From: Antedon mediterranea
Taxonomy: Eukaryota > Animalia > Echinodermata
Reading direction: 5' to 3'
Length of the DNA stretch: 64,000 nt
Assembly: GCF_964355755.1 (NCBI RefSeq)
Contig: NC_092671.1
Coordinates: forward strand, 10,912,001-10,976,000
The notes under the pieces were generated by a model, which was given only the letters and a program-made list of their open reading frames with translations, was not told the origin of the DNA and made no database searches. Positions 55,929 to 64,000 of this stretch are shown here, piece after piece; position 1 is the stretch's first letter; each line of letters begins with the position of its first letter. Made by a program: the position numbers and the translations under genes.

Positions 55929-56240
55929 TAAATATACAAATAATGAATGTTTATGAGTGCAATGGTACAAATAATAGCACGAGGTGAATGATGAAAGGTT
56001 ATATCAACGAGGCAAAGCCGAGTTGATATAACCTTTCATCATTCACCAAGTGCCATTATTTGTACCATTACACGAATACAAAACATTCATTATTTGTTTT
56101 ATATAACATCTAAATAACAAACAAAAATGTTTCAAAAAGTACTATTTAACGATCGTTGAATAGTGCGTACTATTGCACGCCATGTGACCCACATTCGTCC
56201 AATCAAATGACAGGAATTTATATAGGTGTTATATAATATG
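55929..56240. mobile_element. Palindromic non-autonomous element (possibly Crypton-related); its right part is also present at 2145-2240
   Basis: About 80-bp imperfect inverted arms around aacgaggcaaagccgagtt (55938-56097), followed by aacgatcgtt.aatagtgcgtactattgcacg.catgtgacccaca shared with an intron of the lectin gene. Confidence 0.55.
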
Positions 56241-59226
56241 TATTATAAAATAGTTTACAATTGCAAAAACTATTATCATAATTCTATTTAATGTGACATG
56301 TATAATATCTATTAAATGAAGTCTTATTTAGTATGTATACATCCGCCCTTATGAGGGCGGGCATCATTCTCTGGAGCTCTCTGTTACAAATTTCTCATGC
56401 AAAAATATAAAATATAAATATATTCTTTGGTTTGAGTGTTTTTTTTTTATTTTTAAAGCGCCCTCTTTACTTCCGATCGATACCATAATATGGAGTGGTC
56501 CCACTAAATACTCGAAAAGAAGAATTTTGGGTTGTGTAACCTTCTTTAAACACTTCTGCAAAATTTCGAAATGACATTCGAAAATTCACATAATTTACAG
56601 CATTCGTTTCGAAATTTTGCAAAAGTAATCTCGAAAAGAAGTGTCTTAAATTAAGCCTTATAAAGTTTAGGCCTAGGAATATAACTATATTTATATTTTT
56701 TATTTTATTATGTTTTTTTTTTTTTTCTTCTTTTATTTCTTATACAAAACCTATATATAAATACTCAGACTCTGTAAGTAGTTTAATTTGTACAATTTGT
56801 TTAACTAGTTTTAAAAAATCAATAATTCCTTACACATAATTTGCAAAGAGCATCTAGGCCTACTTATAATCAGTTGTGAATTCTTGAATGTTCTATGGAA
56901 TGATTATTAAAGCAATAATATTTTTACTTACATTTTATTATTCGTCAAAATTAACTTATTCGTTGTAAATTAGAAGTTATTATATTTTTGTAATTCTTAA
57001 TTAGGCCCTACTTGTATTGTCACGTTTTCTTTGCTTCTCATTCAAGGGATTGTTAGGCAATTATTTCTGACATGGCGATCTATATAAAACATCCCTTTTC
57101 GTGTAATATGTAAAAAAAAAAAAGAAATTTATATCATAATTAACATGGATATATTTTTAACGCGTTGATCAGATCAAACAATTTCTTAACGTAATCCGGA
57201 TGATTGTTAATATAACTTACACCTGGATTACGTTAAATTAAAGTATGAGACAATGAATATTACAGCATAATTGGATCACAGAGAGATTATAGCAGAATAT
57301 ACTTCTTGACGATTTACTTTTATTGGCAAATCTCTGGTGTTCTATTCAGTTACAAGTCTCTTGCTGAGCCGCCTCTGCAGTGGGTTCATTAGTTTTCTGT
57401 CGAATTATACTAAATCACTTTTTCAGACATACACCCTACTTTTATTCCCCTATAATGTTATGTTTGAAGTAATAGGCCTAAGAATAAAAAATAATATGTT
57501 AGTTAACTGGTGCTGCTCGTTTATTTTATTGTTTTTTTATGATGTAGGCCTATTGTGTGTTTCTTATTTTGTTGATGTTATCTTAAGCTATCTTGTTTAA
57601 ACATTTTAAATATTTTAAGTAGGGCCTACCTTTTAATAATGAAAGAAGAAATTGTCACAATTCAGTTTTTTATGTGAAGATGATTTTAATAAAATATATA
57701 CCATTATGAATGAATGAATTCACAATTTAGTTATTACAAAATCAGCAAACATTTAAGTGGGACGGTTATGGACCAATGGCCCAACACAAGTGGGAACCTC
57801 GTAGGCCTACTCATACTCGTACTCATCTTATTTTGTGTTTCTGTGAGGGTGACAAGAAACAAAGACAATATCACGACGCATGCGTACATGCAGGCAAGGA
57901 ACATTGGTAAATGTAAATGTAAATTGGGGAATAACCTGCGACTTGTACTTACTGGGCTAAATTGCGCACAGGTGTGGATGACACATACCACAACGTTCTA
58001 CTCCCCTAAGGGTCCCTTCTTCGCCAAGTGCTGCCATCATGGGGTGGTACATTTTGGTGAGGGAGGGGGGATCCAATGGTAATTTTTTAAAGAGATATTT
58101 TTATGTGCAGGCACGAATTTAGTGGGAAGAGGGACATGGTTGTTCTCGGGATTTTCCAACCGGACATTTCCCAACGGTATTTTTCACCCGCGTGATGTTT
58201 ATCCCGTAGATTACGGTATCACATTACACTAAAATTAGCATGCACGTCGTCTTAAAACTATACAAAAAAAATACATTTTAATCATTTTAATTATTGTTAA
58301 GAGGTGTGGAATAAAAACTTTTGGGGCTACTTTGGTTGTGTTGGAGTAGGTCTATTGCGCAGTGTAATGGCGGCCAATATTTATAGGTTTCCATGGGGAT
58401 GTAAAAAAATAAATAGAATTGCCCGCAGCATCCAATATTATTGACTACTTCGTGTGGAATTACGACTTAATAACAAAGAAAACAAACTAGAAGAATATAA
58501 ATAACACAATTCTGTCATTCAAGACGCATTCGCCGTTCGACAAAGTAAGCCTTAAGTTTGTTTGCCTTTTTCAAGCAAAACGTAAGTACCATCCTTGTTT
58601 GTTGGTTTACTATTTTTAAATTACAGTTTTATTAAAGAACAAGCAATAACCAAATATATTATAGAATACTGAACACTGTCAAAGTACGTTTTTTTAAATC
58701 AATTTATATCGTTCTTTTATTAGTCATTTTGTTACTTATTTTATATATTTAAATTAATTTTGTTTTAAATGTAAAAACGAATGCAAATGTGGTTTTAAAA
58801 ACATCAAAATCAATATTTTATGTATACAGTATAAGCAAATGGTTTTTATTAACTACTTTTAACGTTGTAATATATGAGAAGAAAATATGCTTTGAAAAAT
58901 ATTTATAACAAAGGTGGGACGAACCCATATACAAGACAAAAAAAAAGATTTCAACAATTGCTCAGAACTTCGGTAAACTTTAGATAGCGTCATGTCACGT
59001 CAGAACCACGGTGATGTTACCAAACTGTTCCTTGTGTTAATTCATTTTCAAAGCTTAGTCCGACTATGTGAAAAACCTCACTAACAATATGCAATTCACC
59101 ATCTATTTTGTATATATCTCTTAAAAACACACATTTTTATTTTTAAAAAAAGGTAATGTTCATCACCTGTTCTTGTAAGACTCTTCGTCAAGGCGCTATA
59201 AAAATTATTTATAATGCTAATATAGA

Positions 59227-59230
<4 letters not shown>

Positions 59231-59297
<67 letters not shown>
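59231..59297. repeat. (TA)n microsatellite
   Basis: Over 30 consecutive TA units. Confidence 0.95.
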
Positions 59298-59301
<4 letters not shown>

Positions 59302-59899
59302 TATAGAATAAATTTAATTAAGGTTTCTGTATATATATATTTTGTTCTCTCTTGTTATTTATATTGTTATTTTAAAATGTGTAATGTATTACTGAAAGTT
59401 GATCACGGCCTTGTAGAAGAACACCTTTGTGGTGACAAACATTTCCGTGTTAAAATATAAAGCATTTATTATTATTATTGTTAAAATACAATATTATAAG
59501 AAAAAAGTATTAGTAGATAAAAAAGGTTTTATTAAATGATTAGAATAGACTGATTATTAAATTACCTCACCTAATATTCGAGGTTGTTATAAAGTTACAT
59601 GAAGTTGAATTATATATTTATTAATTACAATATAGTTTGATAACGGATTTATTGACGATATTGTTAGATTTAGTACATTTTATTGTAAGTACGTTTATTG
59701 TATTTTTATATAGTTTTCTACATGTTGGAATAAAGCTTCAGAAGCCATATATATTTCCCTCAGCTTGCGCTTCGGGAAATATAATATTCCCTCGAGCAAA
59801 ATATAATTCCCTCGGGGATGTCAAATATTTCACCTCTAACCAGGCAATATAATAATAATAATATCCTCTGTTGACTTCTTTCTTTTAAATTAGAAAAAT

Positions 59900-60988
59900 A
59901 TGGAAAACGAAAGCAGTTACTTCGAAGAAGACTGGGATGCAATGATTGAACCATTGTTGTATACAGACATGGAAAGGTATGTGATATACTGCATTCTGCC
60001 GATCATTGTCATCGTTGGAATTGTTGGCAACTTATCCACCGTCATCATCCTCACCACAAATGCAAACATGCGTAACTCCCTCAATATTTACTTGACAAAT
60101 CTTGCTATTGCCGATAGTCTGTTTCTAGTCGTCGCTCCGGTATTTTCATGGGTTGCCATAAGCCAAACACCATTGCATGTATTCTATGATAACGGCGGTT
60201 ATTCTGCGGAATACTGTAAGTTCAACACGCTCATAGTTGATTCCACGTATATGGTATCGGCAACCTTGATACTGGCTATTTCTGTCGAGCGATTTTTAGC
60301 GATCACCAAGCCGTTGAAATATCGTTCGTACGTGTCCAAGAAGCGCACTGTGAAAATATGCGTCGCAATATGGATTCTCTCATTCGCGTACCAAATTCGA
60401 AATGTTGTAACAGGTGGAACATATGAGTATTCATATCCTTGGCCTGATATGTGGAACGGTGTTCCGAACACTTCGTCCTCTTGCATACTGTGTAGTTACG
60501 ACTTTAGTGACGAAACATGTAAAATCTTGTACTATTTCAACGAAGCGGAGTACGTGTTATATTTAACATTTCTTACATTAATGATACCACTGTACGGTAT
60601 GATAGGCTGCTCTCTTTTCAAACCTTGTTCAAAGAAAACGGAAATCGCCGCAGCGGCAAACCGCACTAACTTCGAACGGAAAGCATTGACAACGGCTACA
60701 ATCACGGTAGTCATATACGTTATTCTCACAGCTCCGATAAATTGTATCTACATGTACGCTTTCAGAGGCGGTACAAATTGGGATCTCATTTCAAAGTTTT
60801 CGAGCGTCTTCAGGTACTTGGCGTTTGTTAATTCTTCGATAAATCCCATAATCTATAACATATCGAACGAAACGTACCGAAAGGCATTTCTCAAATTATA
60901 TGGATTTTCTTCAGGAACGGCACCACAAAAAGCGAATGTCCAAAATCCTTCTCGGAAATATGTTTCAACGATTAGCACTAAATGTTGA
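59900..60988 (+). CDS. Intronless rhodopsin-like (class A) GPCR, peptide-receptor-like (TRH-R/GHS-R-like orphan), 362 aa
   Basis: Seven hydrophobic segments; GIVGN (TM1), NIYLTNLAIAD (TM2), Cys before TM3, ISVERFLAI..P, NSSINPIIY (TM7), YRKAF helix 8. A polypyrimidine tract and AG just upstream (59893) suggest a 5' UTR intron. Confidence 0.92.
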   Translation: MENESSYFEEDWDAMIEPLLYTDMERYVIYCILPIIVIVGIVGNLSTVIILTTNANMRNSLNIYLTNLAIADSLFLVVAPVFSWVAISQTPLHVFYDNGGYSAEYCKFNTLIVDSTYMVSATLILAISVERFLAITKPLKYRSYVSKKRTVKICVAIWILSFAYQIRNVVTGGTYEYSYPWPDMWNGVPNTSSSCILCSYDFSDETCKILYYFNEAEYVLYLTFLTLMIPLYGMIGCSLFKPCSKKTEIAAAANRTNFERKALTTATITVVIYVILTAPINCIYMYAFRGGTNWDLISKFSSVFRYLAFVNSSINPIIYNISNETYRKAFLKLYGFSSGTAPQKANVQNPSRKYVSTISTKC

Positions 60989-63159
60989 AACAGGCCGACG
61001 AATACATCTACGGCAGATCTGGCTACGGTAATCAGTTTCGTCAATGAACACTTGAAGCTTTCTTGATACCATTGGCAGCTATGAATCTATAACGATACGA
61101 ATTCGATTCTTCGACACAGTTTTTAAACTTTGCAAACAGGTAAACCTGGTTAGATTGCTACTATTCTGATATTTTCATCTCAACAATTAATATAAACGAT
61201 ATTCAAATCGTGTTTTTAACTTGTTGTTGTAAAACACTTTCTTTTAGAACACATATTTAAATTATAGCACTTTATGATTGGCACAAATTTACAAACTTTT
61301 TCAATTGTATCTCTACAGTTACGATATTAATAATATTATTAAAGATATTTTCACCCTGAAAAAACGGGGTTTTTAAACATTTGTTTGGAATATGCTATTT
61401 TAATATTACATACTAGTTTAACTTTATAGGTGAAACCATTCTTTATTTCTACGGAAGTGAATAACATTATCAAAACTATTGAATGCAATTGACGTTTGGA
61501 ACAGATTTAATAATGGAACTACAAAATGGCCTATTCTTCATTGTTTATGTCTTTGGCGGACAATACACCTTTAATATAGATTTTACTATGTATACAATTG
61601 TATTGCTAACTAAATGCGTGTTATTTTCTGTTATTATGAACGAATACGATGGTATACTGTAATGCTCACGATGTACATTCTTCATCAAACTCAGCCCATT
61701 TATCGATTGATATTCAAACACACCAATTGAACTCTCAGTTTATATGAAATGTTTTTATTTCAATGTAGACGTTTATAAGGCAGTCATTGCAATAGACAGT
61801 GTGTATTACCCAACACATTTATTTAGCAAGGTTGAATGTGACAAAACCTAGTTACTGCAGTAAAATAATGTTGACACGGATACACCCAATGTATACAGAA
61901 TGTAGAAAGATAAATATAAGTACAACTTGAATGTAAAGCTTGGTTCCCACTAGAACGAACGTAAAGATTATATGTCGCAACGCGAGCAAGTTGACCAATC
62001 ACAAGTGACAGTTGGAATAATCTATCGCTTTTGATTGGTTAATTCGCTTACGTTACGACTTGCGTTGCGTCATAGTAAGCGTGGTTCCCACTAGTGACGC
62101 AACGCAAGGACGTAACGCAACGCAAGTGAATTGACCAATCACAAGCGATGGCTTATTCGCTTGTGATTGCTAACTGTCTATAACCTCGCTTGTCATTGGT
62201 TAAAACGCTTGCGTTGCGTTTACATCCTTGCGTTACGTTCTAGTGGGAACCAAGCATAGCCAACGTGTATACGTGCTGTAACGTAAATGTCTATTTATCT
62301 AATAGGCAGAAACCTCATGAACGTAATTGATCATAAAAAATAAACATTTTTATATTTACAAACATTTTATATGACTACAATCAGTGTTCTGGGTAAAAAC
62401 ATAGTAAATATAATGTTTTAATAATTTTAAACAGCAGTACAAAAATGGATAATATAATATTTAATAACAATGCGTAAAGAAGAAAGCAATTATAGCGATG
62501 TCATGTTTGTGAACAATAAGTATTTGTGCGTTTTGTTTAGAATAGGCCTTTTTTTCTAGTAAGTATTGGTCATATTATTACTGGAATCAAAACACAGTGT
62601 CTATTATGATACAATATTATAGCGTATAATATGATATTTTAATTATACATTATAATAGTGTATTGTGCTTATTATTACTATCATGTACTCTTACCTTATC
62701 GACTAAAATATCTGGTATTTAATAATCAATTGACATTATTATGGGTTATAAAAACGTTGTATGCTTTCAGTTTCTGGAACTCGAACAAAATGAATAATAA
62801 CAGACTCATTTATTTCTATTTATGGTATTGTAAATTGAATTGTAGTTATTAAAGGCGTATGAACAAATTGTGCTAATATATAATATTTATCTGTTTAAAA
62901 AATACCATGGATTTGAAATACCACAGCAGAAATATTCGCTTGAAACATGATGATCCATTGTGGAATGACAGAAACAGATCCAACGTTACTTCATAGCCAA
63001 GTAAACATTTCATCCCAATTTGACTTATCCTTCTGCCATGCACTGCAAAAAATAAAAACATTTTAAAATTATAGTCGATGATTATAACATCATACGTTGT
63101 CCAATCATCATTACCACCAACGCCACCGTATCATTACACATGCATTATATTTGTCACAA

Positions 63160-63600
63160 ATGCAATCATCTTTGTCACCAACACCATTTTATCACCAACA
63201 CCATATCGTCACAAATAAAATAATTTGTCACCAAAACCATTTTGTCACCAACACTATTTTGTCACCAACACCATTTTGTCACCAACACCATTTTGTCACC
63301 AACACCATTTTGTCACCAACACCATTTTGTCACCAACACCATTTTGTCGCCAACACCATATCGTTACCAACACCATGTTGTCACCAACACCATGTTGTCA
63401 CCAACACCATGTTGTCACCAACACCATTTTATCACCAACACCATATCGTCACAAATACAATAATTTGTCACCAACACCATTTTGTCACCAACACCATATC
63501 GTTACAAATACAATCATTTGTTACCAACACCATGTTGTTACCAACACCATTTTGTCACCAACACCATATCGTTACAAATACAATCATATTTCTGTCACGA
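63160..63600. repeat. 17-bp minisatellite
   Basis: Unit tgtcaccaacaccattt with variants; source of ORFs 63097-63677. Confidence 0.9.
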
Positions 63601-64000
63601 ACACATTCATTACTATCGCCAATAACATCATGATCGTCGTCACCAACCACTTCCAAGAACTTCACACCAACAAATAATATATTATCGATTAGCTTGAACA
63701 TCATCACTACAGTTCCTTTATCTTACCAATACGATCCACACAATCACCCAAGGCCAGAAAAACAAGGTTATGATGAGATGCAGGAGATGGTTGACTTGTG
63801 GTCTCCTACAAAAAAAAAAAAAAATAAACGAGATATTACTATATCTATATTACCTGATAGCACTATTCAAGAGACAACTCAGTTATGAGGTTCTACTGTA
63901 ATATTATCTAAATAAAACAATGATTTAGGTATAGTAATATATTTGAAATTAAAAGTAGCTGGTTCAAATCCTGCTAAACATCTTGGAAAACTATTAGGCT

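Noticed and set aside
56364-58100. Short ORFs between the SLC5 gene and the GPCR
   Set aside because: No homology cues or coherent exon chain; consistent with AT-rich intergenic or TE-derived sequence.
63097-63677. His/Thr/Cys-rich ORFs in all three plus frames
   Set aside because: Translation of a 17-bp tandem repeat, which cycles through all frames.

Overview
AT-rich eukaryotic (metazoan, probably invertebrate) genomic DNA with spliceosomal introns; not prokaryotic, and no CRISPR, rRNA or intact tRNA seen. Genes reconstructed by hand from splice sites and frame continuity: the 3' part of a multi-C-type-lectin mannose-receptor-like gene (+, 155-3343); a TTC3/DZIP3/RNF214-family RING-H2 ligase (-, 5382-16286, about 1150 aa); guanine deaminase head-to-head with it (+, 17591-23859, about 449 aa, one GC-AG intron); two paralogous small PPxY-rich, C-terminally membrane-anchored genes that the ORF track does not assemble (+, 30445-32223 and 36132-38590); an SLC5A8/SLC5A12-like Na+/solute symporter (-, 40608-55232, about 613 aa); and an intronless class A GPCR (+, 59900-60988). 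The rest is nested DNA transposons (Academ-like, and an 8-bp-TSD element carrying a LINE), LINE fragments, MITEs, SINE-like pieces and minisatellites. Best candidates for new biology: (1) a 48-bp in-frame minisatellite that multiplied an exon end plus its 5' splice site 13 times in the RING ligase gene; (2) the PY-motif tail-anchored paralog pair, apparently produced by a local tandem duplication that also left a decayed GDA fragment. No database searches were run, so family names rest on recognised motifs and novelty is unverified.
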